A DNA stretch of 20,000 nt, taken from positions 142,975-162,974 of the forward strand of contig JBNGIO010006220.1 of assembly GCA_049999805.1 (NCBI GenBank), read 5' to 3'. Of this stretch, positions 1-10,737 are shown in pieces. Each line of letters opens with the position of its first letter. Positions within the stretch are counted from its first letter, which is position 1. A program made the position numbers and the translations under genes. Below the pieces are notes generated by a model. The model saw only the letters and a program-made list of their open reading frames with translations. It did no database searches and was not told the origin of the DNA. This stretch comes from Folioceros fuciformis (taxonomy: Eukaryota).

Positions 1-3000
1 ATGGTCAAGATGCTATCGCCTCTAAGCTCAAGCGCTTTTTCAGTGATCCGGAAAGATTCCCTGCTGACCAGTTGCTTGAGATGCAGAGCTTACCAGGTAA
101 CTCTTGTATGCAATCACACCTTCTGATACCGTAGTACGTAACTTATCTCCATAGCTACGGGTGGAGTTCAAGTTGGATAAGGTTGGCATGTGGATAGGTC
201 TGGATACACAGATGCTCTATGATGCGAAGGAGGCAGCCCTGGAGCGTGCTGCGGTCTCTGACTATGAACTGCGCCTTGCACGAGAAGATCTTAGAAGCTT
301 ACAGGATAAATTGGAGAAGCAGGCAGAAAAACTATCGATCCGCTCAACTCCTAGTGAGCGTAGTCTCTTGCAATGCTTTCAGTACTGTCGTGTTGCATTT
401 TGTTGAAGAATCTGAATTTCCACCTGCATGGCCCCCAAAGTCTAGTAACTGGGTAGCTGGGATGATTTGGTTTACTCTTACCGTCCTCTGTCCTGGCTCG
501 CAGAATCTGCGCCTGCAACTATAGCAGAAGCTGTGACAAACACAAACCGCCTGATTCTGCCAGGTCCACTGTTGGAAAACGAAAGACGGGATCTGAATTG
601 CGCAGTTAAGGAGTATCTCGTGACTTGTGGGTACAAGGTCACAGCAATGACATTTCTGGAAGAGGTATTGCCTGTTGCAACAATTGTATGCAGATTGGGT
701 TGCACCCAGCAGAGAACGTGTAAGACTGTTTGTGGCTATGAACAGGTTGAAGATCAAGATCTTGATGCATGGCAGAATCAGGTTGCACATGTGCCTGATG
801 CGCTTCGAAGATATTACTTGCAGTTCCTAAGTACTGGCACCGATCAGATTGAGGTATACTGCTACTATTTTCCGCTCTTGTGCCCCTAGTCTGGCTTGAA
901 CTGTTCTACATTTGCGACTTGTAGTTCAGTTTCTGTTCAACAGGGGTGCTGTCTTGGAAGCATGTTCTGTAACACACCCACTGCTGTTTAACTTCCAGCG
1001 TTGGGGTCCGGCAGAAAATGGGATTTCTGCAGGAGCAAAATGCAGCTTTGTCTTTAGGAAAGGAGGTTTTAGAGAAGGAGATGTCCTCTTTGAGTAAGCA
1101 GCTAGAAGCTTCAAAGAAAGAGTTCAAAGGGAAAGAGCAGCAGTCGAAGGAGAAAGATCAGCAGGCAAGGAACTGATTTGTGTTAGTGTGTCAGTGCAAG
1201 CTATAATGCGGTGACTCATCAGCCGTCTTGCTTACGCAGATACTGCACCTAACAGACTCTTTAGAACGTGCTATTCATGAAGTAAATGATCTCAGATTGG
1301 AAGTGACATCACTGAAGCTTGATCTTGAAAGGTCAAGATCAAGTCAAGCAAATGCAAGCCATGTTACTCCAACGCAAACGGAAGTTGAGGATGATGTCTC
1401 TCCGGCCAATAAAGCTGCGCTAAGACAAGAAATGCCTACCGAAGTGGAACAAGCCATCATGGGAAACCCTGCCCTTGACACACTTTCTGACAGTCCTATT
1501 CAGGAAATAGTGGAGCCAAAATGTCAGCAATGCACTGAGAAGCAAGCCGTGGTAAGCTCTGTTTGTTAAAACTGGCACCATCATCAAGCCCATCCTGGTG
1601 TTCATGATTGTCACTCAAGTTGGCATCTGATTTGTGTAGGAATTGGAGACGGTACAGATTCTTGCTGAAGCTTTACCCAAGATAGTGCCCTATGTGCTGA
1701 TCAACCATCGTGAGGTAATTGGAGGTTCTTTCGTTTGGTTGTGTGGCAAAGTCTTTGGATGTAGTACTCCAATCTTATCTTGATACCTGACGTTTGGCTG
1801 CAGGAGCTCCTTCCCCTTATGATGTGTGCTATTGAACGCCATCCTGATAGCATAGTCCGTGACTCTCTTACCCACCACCTCTTCAATTTAATCAAGCGTC
1901 CGGATGAGCTGCAGAGACGGATCATCATGGATGTAAGGCTATTTTTTGTTTGGAATGGTTTCCATGAGGGTCCAGTCTGTGTGAGAAAGGAAGAGAGGAT
2001 ATCAGATTTTGTTGCACAGAAAATTAATCATTTGTTGCTGAAATCACGCAAAACGTGTCCTGTGTTTGACAGGCTTGTGTTTCTTTGTCCAAGAGTCTTG
2101 GTGAGATGCGAACTGAAACAGAGTTGCTTCCTCAATGCTGGGAGCAGGTAATTGGTTATCTACACCTGAGGAGTACGTTATTCTTGCAATCTAGAGTATG
2201 TTGGCAGTCTACACTATTCTTGAATAGACCTCCTATGTGCCTGCGGGGCTACTTGCCAAAATGTTTGACACATCTCCCTGTCATGGTTAGATAAATCACA
2301 AGAATGAAGAACGGAGACTGCTTGTGGCACAATCCTGTGGGGAGCTTGGACAGTTTGTCAGGCCAGAGATGCGAACGTCATTAATTCTGTCCATTGTACA
2401 TCAACTTGTCGAGGATTCAGCTCCAATTGTCCGAGAAGCAGCAGCGAACAATCTGGCTCTTCTACTTCCACTTTTCTCCAACATGGAGAAGTATTTCAAG
2501 GTCAGCACTGCTAAGATATGCTGGGGAGCAAACATGGCGCAGGATATCTGACTCCAAAGATGGTTACAAAAGTAAGCACCTAGTGCTATGTAGAGTAGAT
2601 TGTTAGGATTCTGGGTCCCCCTAAGCTCAGGTTTGTAATCTAGTTAAATCATTGCATACCTCATGCGAGTCTCTGTGGGTTGCAGGTGGAAGAGCTCTTA
2701 TTTCAGCTGGTCTCTGATCCATCAGCGATTGTTGTGGAGACTACCCTCAAGAAACTTCTTCCTGCTGTATTAACATGGATGGAGTCCGGAAGAAAACCCC
2801 TACTGCCCCTACTCCGATCCCTTCTTGTGCACCTCTTAGGTCATGCGAAGGTGAGCTTTGTGGGGGTGGCGACCTCCCAAGGTTTTGGAAAGTATCACAA
2901 ACTTTGTCATGAGAGTTTTGTCTGACGTATGGAGTCTGAGATCACTGTTTCCTATGTTGGATGGCAGAGATGCCCTCCTGTATCAGGTGTAGAGAAATCT

Positions 3001-5235
3001 GCAGAAGCCCACCTACGAGTGTTGGGAGAGAAGGAGCGGTGGAGTATCGACGTTTTGTTGCAGATGTTGACTCAACTTTTGCCAGCCATACGAGACGCTG
3101 CTTTAACTAGCTCTCCCTTCAAGGATGCTGTACAGGAGGGCTCTCATGAATCTGGTTTTTCGGATGACCTTGTCAGATTGTTTGCTGAGTAAGTGGTGAT
3201 GTGTGGCGAAAACGTTTTGCTATATTTCCTCCGGCATCTGATGACGGCTCTTATCTCAGGACGGAGGTTGACTGGGTTATCCTTGATTGGATGTTTGAGG
3301 ACTGCTTTCCAGCTTTGCTGCAACTTGCTTGCATGTTACCAGCCAGGGAAGAGATTCTTCGCACACGACTTTGCAAGGTATGCCTGGTGTGCCAATTGAC
3401 CACTTAAAACGCGTTCATGGGGTTGTGTGGACTTTGTGCTCAATTGTTAAGAAGTTCCTTTGTTGGACCAGGTGCTAATTTCCATCGATTCATGTTTTGG
3501 AGGCTGCTATCATTCCACTATAGTTGTGCCGATTTTTCTTGCTGCCGTTGGTGATGATGTGGAGCCAAAGCATCTGTCGCCCAAGCTCGTCAGTCGAATC
3601 ACTGGTAAACACTGTTTTTTGTGGTGCTTGAAGACGATGCAGCCCAAGCTTCTTGATTCTGAATCGCCAAATACGTGCAGGCCTGAGACCGAGAACAGCA
3701 GCAGAAGAGCAGTTGGCTGGAATGTGTGTTCTTCCTTTGCTGCTAGCTGGAGTGCTCAGTGCGTCGAGTGTGCATCCGGAGTTCTTTGCCGTATACCTGA
3801 GAAATCTGATTTTGCAATCCACATTCAAGCATGGGGCTTGGAGAAGTTCACACTCTCCAGATCTTGTCGATGCTGTTAGATTTCTCTGGTAATTCCTGGT
3901 CTCTCTTTGTCGAACTGATACCAGGAATAATGACTTTGCTTGCTGCCACACGTACTAGCGTATGAATATGTGATGGAAAGGGGTATGACACCGGAACTCT
4001 TTACAGTTCTTTCAAGGATCAACATGGAGCTATAATGGGAGTTCTTTGGGACCTAGTTGTCAATGCAAATGCTCCTGTGAAGGTCACCGCCACAGTTATA
4101 TCAAGGGCATTGGTACGTGGATTGAGTGAGCCTCTCGGGATATGGACATGGAGAACTTCGATTCTGAGTGCTGCTTCTGAAATTCGGTGAATGACTCAGG
4201 TTGGGTATGCGGATCTGAAGCTGGTGACTCAGCAATTGTTGCCAGCGTTGGTGACTCTTGCTTCTGACCCAAACGTCGAAGTTAAGCATTCCAGTATCGA
4301 AGCGTTTGGATCTGTTGCTCAACATTTCAAGGAAGAGGCGGTATTGCAGGATGACTAACTATTCTAGATTTCCCGTTAAGCTTGTTGGCCTCTAGATTGA
4401 GTTTAACTCAGGTGGCTAGATGCAGGTGTTCAAAGTATTTACGGATCTTGCTGCTGAGCAGCGGTTTTGTTGGTATAAACTGCAGGTGGTCGACAAAATA
4501 CGTGTCCAGATGGATGCATTTCTGGAGGATGGATCACACGAAGCTGTTATCAAAGTAGTCCGAACATTTGCTGCCATTTTGCCCGTCTCGGCATCCAATC
4601 TGCGGGACTATATCCTTTTAAGCTTGGTTTTTTATTTGTCCAGCATCTCCTTTCAACTTTTGCGATGCCTATGGGTGAGGGTATTGTCCTTGACTGCGAG
4701 CACATCTGCTGCAGAAACTGCTTGTGTTGTCTTCTGCTGGAACACAGGCAGCATCGCTCATGCGACGCCGTGAAAGAGCTGATGCCTTCAGTGAAGCCAT
4801 TCGTGCACTCGATGCCACAGGTCCGTTGAAAATCTCTGCACACCTGTTGCAGTTGCGCAGAGCGTCGGATATGGCTGCTGACGAATATGCCGTGATTCAG
4901 ATCTTTCCCCCACCAGTGTCAAAGAGCTTCTCCTTCCCACAGTTCAGAATCTTCTTAAGGATTCTGATTCTCTGGATCCAGCACACAAAGAAGCTCTGGA
5001 GGTAATCTTGAAGGAAAGAACTGTGAACAGACTGGAATCCATCAGCAAAGTCATGACCATGGGAAGCCTATTTGGAGAAGGTGGATTTTTGAGCAAGAAA
5101 GAGCTTGGTGATGATACGCCCAGCCCAAACAGCCCGACACCCCCACAAGAGGCAGGCATGCTGAAGCGGATAATAAGAAACAACTACGGCGGAAATTTGT
5201 TCAGCAGGGCGAGTAGCACGACACCTGACCATTGA
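1..5235 (+). CDS. RELCH: RAB11-binding LisH/coiled-coil/HEAT-repeat protein (RELCH/KIAA1468 homologue), 5'-truncated, 20 exons in window
   Basis: Exons by manual splicing: <1-96, 198-353, 504-664, 746-853, 1015-1164, 1240-1551, 1640-1714, 1804-1932, 2073-2147, 2291-2500, 2686-2850, 2968-3188, 3260-3377, 3472-3604, 3681-3888, 4007-4112, 4200-4340, 4486-4609, 4704-4820, 4901-5235 (TGA). Phases are consistent and give about 1045 aa. Motifs characteristic of plant RELCH: KRFFSDPERFP, LisH-like ERRDLNCAVKEYLVTCGYKVTAMTF, LPKIVPYVLINHREELLPLMMCAIERHP, LFNLIKRPDELQRRIIMD, ELLPQCWEQINH, ERRLLVAQSCGEL, RRRERADAFSEAIRALDAT, LDPAHKEALE. Confidence 0.93.
1165..1239 (+). other. Probable GC-AG intron of RELCH gene
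   Basis: The coiled-coil exon reads ...KEKDQQ and then CAG|GCAAGG. An in-frame TGA follows 9 nt later with no GT before it. The phase-0 acceptor TTACGCAG|ATA resumes ILHLTDSLE. Confidence 0.65.
4610..4703 (+). other. U12-type (minor spliceosome) AT-AC intron in RELCH gene
   Basis: 5' site ATATCCTTT at 4610, branch site TCCTTGAC at 4687-4694, 3' site CAC| at 4703. Removal restores the frame LRD-Y-LLQKLLVLSS...RRRERADAF. Confidence 0.93.
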
Positions 5236-5520
5236 AATCATTTTGCACCAGCTCTGAATGATTTTTCATTAGCGGATAACGATTTTGGTGAACGTCTTTT
5301 GTATGCTATGGCCCCCTGCTGTTTATAGTATTGGTTAGTGAAGGTGCTTCCAGCACATTGCAGGTCAAAGTGACGTCTGGTGTCCCCGCGCGTCAACAAG
5401 TGGCCAGGGCTGTTGGCTACGCCGGCGAATAGTTACACCTCGCTTGTTACTAGCTCCTAACCACGTTCACGATTTGGGCATCCAAATTCTAGGATGGATA
5501 GTCACCTTGATTCTCTCAGC

Positions 5521-5635
5521 ATTAATAACATGTTCAAACTCAATAGAATATAAGTTCATGAATATGTTTAAAATAAATAGAATATAAGTTCATTATACTA
5601 TAACTCTAGTGTTTATAGGAGGGAAAAAAAAAAAG
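5521..5635. repeat. Dispersed AT-rich repeat, copy A (partial)
   Basis: Shares CAATAGAATATAAGTTCAT and TTATAC(T/A)ATAACTCTAGTGTT...GAGGGA with 7261-7390. Confidence 0.65.
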
Positions 5636-5722
5636 TAAAGTATATCCCTTGGCTTTTGCTCTCTATACGTACTTGTGGAGTTGTTCTTGTTGTCTCTCTC
5701 TATCATCCATTTAGCACTTTGT

Positions 5723-5926
5723 CCCATCGACGAGCACAGCATTGCCACCCATCGACGAGCACAGCATTGCCACCCATCGATGAGCACTACATTGCCACCC
5801 ATCGACGACCACTACATTGTCACCCATGGTGCAATCTAAGATGTTCTCCCATCAAAGCACACCACATTGCTACCCATGAAGGCACCACATTGCTACCCAT
5901 GAAGGCACCACATTGCTACCCATGAA
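5723..5926. repeat. Minisatellite: 4 x 25 bp (CCCATCGACGAGCACAGCATTGCCA) then 3 x 23 bp (GGCACCACATTGCTACCCATGAA)
   Basis: Directly visible tandem copies. Both unit types share a CATTGCYACCCAT core. Confidence 0.9.
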
Positions 5927-6030
5927 TGAAGCGGTCCAAGATGTTGGGACAACACTACACATAAGGCATGGGACAACACTGCACATAAGAGGGCACTGCA
6001 TTGTCACGCATGCCGCAGTCCATGGCTAGG

Positions 6031-6201
6031 AAATATAGGCTCCTTCTGTATAGGGAGAATCCATATACTTTGTGCTCCAAGATGTCATGTTNNNNNNNNN
6101 NTCTGTATAGGGAGAATCCATATACTTTGTGCTCCAAGATGTCATGTTCTCAATGGTTAGAAAATATAGGCTCTCTGTATAGGGAGAATCCATATACTTT
6201 G
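6031..6201. repeat. ~72 bp tandem repeat spanning an assembly gap
   Basis: TCTGTATAGGGAGAATCCATATACTTTG occurs at 6045, 6102 and 6174. AAATATAGGCTC occurs at 6031 and 6162. Confidence 0.85.
6092..6101. other. Assembly gap (10 N)
   Basis: Run of 10 N. Confidence 1.
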
Positions 6202-6529
6202 AGCAACAGGTTTCACTTAAAGCCAGCTTTTTATCACTAAGGGGAAATAAGTTTGTGTTGTTGATGTAGTTATGATGGATGTTATTACGAATTCAATTTG
6301 CAATCACATCATCATCAACCTCACTAGATAGATGATGGAGGGTCGTACGAATGCCAAAGTCCATAATAAGGAACATTCTCCCTATCAAACGAGCATACTT
6401 TCATCCCCCTTGCTCTTAAACCCATGGGGCTGGGCAAGGAGCTGGGCAAGGACTTTTCAAGCTTCATTAAGGAGTGCAAAAAAGTATATCATAGTCATAG
6501 AAATGGGGTTCTTCCTCTTTCCTCAGTGA

Positions 6530-6721
6530 TGGCCTTCTTTTGACAACATGTATCTATTGCTTTGCAAAGAGCATTAGTGGCCTTCTTTTGACAATCTGTA
6601 TCTATTGCTTTGCAAAGGGCATTGGTGGCCTTCTTTTGACAATCTGTATCTATTGCTTTGCAAAGGGCATTGGTAGCCTTCTTTTGACAACATGTATCTA
6701 TTGCTTTGCAAAGAGCATTGG
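6530..6721. repeat. Minisatellite, 4 x 48 bp
   Basis: Unit TGGCCTTCTTTTGACAA(CA/TC)TGTATCTATTGCTTTGCAAAG(A/G)GCATT(A/G)G, four near-identical copies. Confidence 0.95.
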
Positions 6722-7171
6722 CTAATGAGGTCTCTAGAATAGCAACAAGTGTAGGTCAAGCAGCTTCTTGGTTCTGCTAGTAGGTAGACCTCTTGTTATT
6801 CCGCATCACAACATTTTTGGACTAGTAAATAGTTTTGTGAATAATGTTTGAAGAGGCTAGAACCTCATTTACCCTTTGGCCCTACTCGAGTTGTTCCTCT
6901 TAAGGATCTTTGGAGTAGATGGGACTTTCCATCTCTTTTTCTATAATAGAAAATAATTGATCAATTGAATGTAGAGGTATTCAAGGTCAATAATGTCCTC
7001 TATATTACTCTTGCACTTGTAAAGATCATTATTGTAACAAAATATATAAGAGAAAATTTGAGTGAATGGAGTACAATAGTAGGTTTCTTAACAATGCCAT
7101 CACAAATTGCGAGCATACTAGATCACGGCCACTTTTCAAAAAGTTGTATAAACTAGTCCATATGGGTGATT

Positions 7172-7390
7172 TCTTTTCTTTTTTGCTTTCAAAACCCATG
7201 AATAATGTCATGGATGTTATCATGAAGTAAATAAACCATGCATTTAAGAGAATCAATGATATCAATAATATATTAACAATCAATAGAATATAAGTTCATT
7301 GTACAATAACTATTACATATTTTGTTCAATAATGTATGGTGCACTAAGTTTATTATACAATAACTCTAGTGTTCTTATGAGGGAGAAAAA
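7172..7390. repeat. Dispersed AT-rich repeat, copy B (longest)
   Basis: The left part aligns by eye with 9645-9810 and the right part with 5521-5635. Confidence 0.7.
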
Positions 7391-7818
7391 TTCCATAGTA
7401 TAGAGTAAGTGCTTTGCAACCATTATCTAAAAAAAATTTCACCTCAAAATGTACATTACATCTCAATGTCAAAGGTTACAGCAATGTTTGGAGTTGTGGT
7501 AAGGAAGTGTTTTGAGGTAGAAACATTAAAATGTTTGAGGCAATGACTTGTGCTGTTTGAAACAATGTTTTTACCATCCTTTGGGTACAACATGGTTTGC
7601 AAGTCATATTCTCTTGATTTGCTATCGTAATTTGGTCCACCCCACGGAGGCCCAAGAAAAATAACATTTGCCTTCATATTAGGAGCGAGTTTGAAAAAAT
7701 CTCCAACCATAAATTCAATCCGATGTTCTACTCCATAAACTTTTGCATTATGCATTGCAATCCAATTTTTCTTGGGTTGATGTCGATTACAATAACTTCA
7801 TGACCTTGCATTGCAAAT
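7353..7818 (-). pseudogene. TGS1: Trimethylguanosine synthase (RNA cap hypermethylase) pseudogene fragment, C-terminal catalytic half
   Basis: Minus strand reads FAMQGHEVIVIDINPRKI, frameshift, AMHNAKVYGVEHRIEFMVGDFFKLAPNMKANVIFLGPPWGGPNY...YDLQTMLYPKDG, frameshift, KTLFQTAQVIASNILMFLPQN...QL, stop at 7476-7478, then FEVKFFLDNGCKALTLYYG. These match TGS1 motifs HNA.VYGV, FLSPPWGGP.Y, FLPRN and KA.T.Y.G. Two frameshifts, one premature stop, no introns. Confidence 0.88.
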
Positions 7819-8140
7819 CCTAAACCCTAAGCCCTAAGCAATATGGCCAAACACTAAGGCTCTTTTATCGGACTCATCCATCCCCAAGTCTTGTCATGCT
7901 TGTTTTCACTCTTATTCAAGTAAAGGAATGTTCTCTTGGGTTTTGGCTCAACCTTTCATTTAAGCATTTTTAATTGTACTAGTAACTTTCACCACTGTGA
8001 TGAGATTTCACTTTGCTTTGGCCACTACTACATTTTGGGTTCATTTATGACAATTTTTGTAACATGATTGTGACAACTTTCGGTAATTTATGATGCAAGT
8101 CCATTACCAAGAATTGTGATATGCATGTGATAAAAATATT

Positions 8141-8467
8141 GTACTCCGGTTAGGAATGACAAGTGTTAGACCTGTTCCCCATTAGTCATACTTAGATTAG
8201 GAATGACAATTGTTAGACCCATTCCCTATTAGTCGTACTCAGGTTAGGAATGTCAATGGTTAGACATGTTCCCCATTAGTCGTACTCATATTAGGAATGA
8301 CAATTATTAGACCTATTCCCCATTACTTGTACTCAGATTAGGAATGACAATTGTTAGACCCATTCCCCATTAGTCGTACTCAGATTAGGAGTGACAATTG
8401 TTAGACCCATTCCCCACTAGTGGTACTCAGATTAGGAATGACAATTGTTAAACCCATTCCTCATTAG
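8141..8467. repeat. Minisatellite, 7 x 47 bp
   Basis: Unit GTACTCAGATTAGGAATGACAATTGTTAGACCCATTCCCCATTAGTC, with copies starting at 8141, 8188, 8235, 8282, 8329, 8376 and 8423. Confidence 0.95.
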
Positions 8468-9644
8468 AGGAAATAGGGACAACATCTGTTCCTTCTCGTT
8501 GAATGGAACAAAGACAATGTTCATCAACATTTCCCATCCTGCTCGACCTCGGCATTGGATCGATGCGTACTGACTAAAAACCTTGGGCCCAATGCCATGA
8601 TTGTAGGGACGCCAATTGACATATGTGTCCATATGAGGCCCAATGCCATGAGTACATAGATGACCATTGATACCCATGCCTATTTTAAATCCACTTGAGA
8701 CTTTCCATCTATAATAGTGTTTTAAAAAAAATATTATCATTATAAAGATTAAAAATAAATAAATAAAATTATTTAGTTATAATAAATAAATTTTAATTAT
8801 GAGAATATATGACTAAAAAAATTATGGATTATACTTTATCTGCTATGAAATTAAAAAAGCCCATCAACTCCACCCTAAATCACCCTAACCACCACTAATT
8901 CACTAGTGGTTAGCAGCTTCAATCTTAGCTTTCTATAACTCGTAATTAAAATCGGGAAACCCTCGTAGTTAGTGGTAGTTAGTGCTAGGTCCACTTCTAA
9001 TTTCATATATTTCATCCTCAGTCTATGATCCTCTCTCGAACAACCTTTGTTACCTTTGCTGCAAGAGTGCTCTGCTCAAACTTATGCTTCTTGATGGTGG
9101 TGTTCATTGAAACTCAGGGCACTTCCAAATTTGCTTCAAATTCAAAAGTAGCCTTTATTGCATAACAACTTGCCTTCAACGCAACTTTTAGTAGTGGCTC
9201 CTTCCTCTAGGTAGGGCGCCATCCCCTTAATGCACTAAACACAACTCAACCACATTCATGAAGAGGACTAAACAATGTAACAAAGAAGTAGTTGAGAACA
9301 AGAGACTAACTTGAACATTTAAGCCAGACATAGTAAGTCCATAGCAGTTTTGTAGAATAAAAAAGTGTGTAGAACAAAGATGACATTGTCCACCATAGAT
9401 ATGATCAGTCAATCTTAGGCTCATAAATCTTGATAGCTTTCCTAATATTTTCTACCATAAAAAAATTCCTCCAAAATGATCAATAACCAGACAATTGTTG
9501 AGTCTCGCAATTGAAGACAAGAGATTTGAAAGCATTGCTACCTAGAGGGCTGAGTTGCACCAGTTGCCACAGATTCCCTAAGCCTTGTGTTAATAAACAA
9601 GCTGGGTTATTCAAACACTCTTTATTGATCTAGGTGAGCAAGAA

Positions 9645-9810
9645 CATTTCTTTTTCTTTTCAAAACTAATGAATGTCATCATGGATGTTATCATAAGGTA
9701 AAGAAACCATACCTTTAGAATAAATGATATTAATGACATATTAAAAATCAATAGAATAAAATTTCACTACACAATAACTATTAAATATATTTTCAATAAT
9801 ATATGGTACA
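9645..9810. repeat. Dispersed AT-rich repeat, copy C
   Basis: TTTCAAAAC...CATGGATGTTATCAT...AAACCAT...ATCAATAGAATA...ACAATAACTATTA...TTCAATAAT.TATGGT is collinear with 7172-7340. Confidence 0.7.
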
Positions 9811-10092
9811 GTATATAAATATTTAAATTAATAAATTTAAATATAGAATAATAAATTTATTTATATTTCTTTTTTTAAAAGGTATGGTAATGATGCTCAT
9901 GGTAACTGCGAACCATTCAGGCCGCTTTGAAGAAATGAGTCTTATGATACTTTCAGAAAGGTCGTCTTCAATTCTCACAAACTATTGTGAAATACGTTCT
10001 CCATAGGCTAAACTCAAGACCACCATTTGCTAAGAGAACCGAAGTAGCTCTAGGAGTAGCTGGAGATGATGAATTGACCTGCAACAGTTCAT

Positions 10093-10737
10093 GTGAGGCC
10101 TAGGAGTAGACACAGCTAGTTCGATGGTGAGGCCCAGCCGTAGACACACTAGTTCGATGGTGAAGCCTAGGAGTAGACACAGCTAGTTCGATGGTGAGGC
10201 CTAGGAGTAGACAAAGCTAGTTCGATGGTGAGGCCTAATAGTAGACACACCTAGTTCCATGGTGAGGCCTAGGAGTAGACATACCTGGTTAGATGGTGAG
10301 GCCTAGTAGTAGACATAACTAGTTCCATGGTGAGGCCTAGCAGTAGACACAGCTAGTTCGATGGTGAGGCCTAGCAGTAGACACAGCTAGTTCGATGGTA
10401 AGGCCTAGCAGTAGACACAGCTAGTTCGATGGTAAGGCCTAGCAGTAGACACAGCTAGTTCGATGGTGAGGCCTAGCAGTAGACACAGCTAGTTCAATGG
10501 TGAGGCCTAGCAGTAGACACAGCTAGTTCGATGGTAAGGCCTAGCAGTAGACACAGTTAGTTCGATGGTGAGGCCTAGCAGTAGACACAGCTAGTTCGAT
10601 GGTGAGGCCTAGCAGTAGACACAGCTAGTTCAATGGTGAGGCCTAGCAGTAGACACAGCTAGTTCAATGGTGAGGCCTAGCAGTAGACACAGCTAGTTCG
10701 ATGGTGAGGCCTAGCAATGGACACAGCTAATTCTATG
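10093..10737. repeat. Minisatellite, 19 x 34 bp
   Basis: Unit GTGAGGCCTAGCAGTAGACACAGCTAGTTCGATG, head-to-tail with no spacers. One copy is 33 bp. Confidence 0.97.

Noticed and set aside
1-60. ATG at position 1 as the RELCH start
   Set aside because: The conserved frame begins at position 3 (GQDAIASKLKRFFSDP). The ATG is out of frame and the true start lies upstream of the window.
665-745. Coding insertion VLPVATIVC...YEQ in ORF 467-889
   Set aside because: It is an 81 nt in-frame GT-AG intron that interrupts the conserved TF.EE-V.DQDLD.W motif.
6540-6759. Cys-rich repeat peptides (ORFs 6540-6725 + and 6574-6759 -)
   Set aside because: By-products of the 48 bp minisatellite being a multiple of 3. 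No homology or gene context is recognisable.
4610-7818. Functional link between the U12 intron and the nearby TGS1 (snRNA cap methylase) fragment
   Set aside because: TGS1 here is a dead fragment, so the proximity is most likely coincidental.
8141-8467. CRISPR-like or coding repeat
   Set aside because: 47 bp tandem units without spacers, not a multiple of 3, and no credible ORF.
8900-10090. Degenerate LINE/transposase coding remnant
   Set aside because: No RT, integrase or transposase motif could be recognised by eye in any frame. A tblastx/Dfam search would be needed.
10093-10737. CRISPR-like array (34 bp repeats)
   Set aside because: Units are head-to-tail with no unique spacers, there are no cas genes, and the context is eukaryotic.
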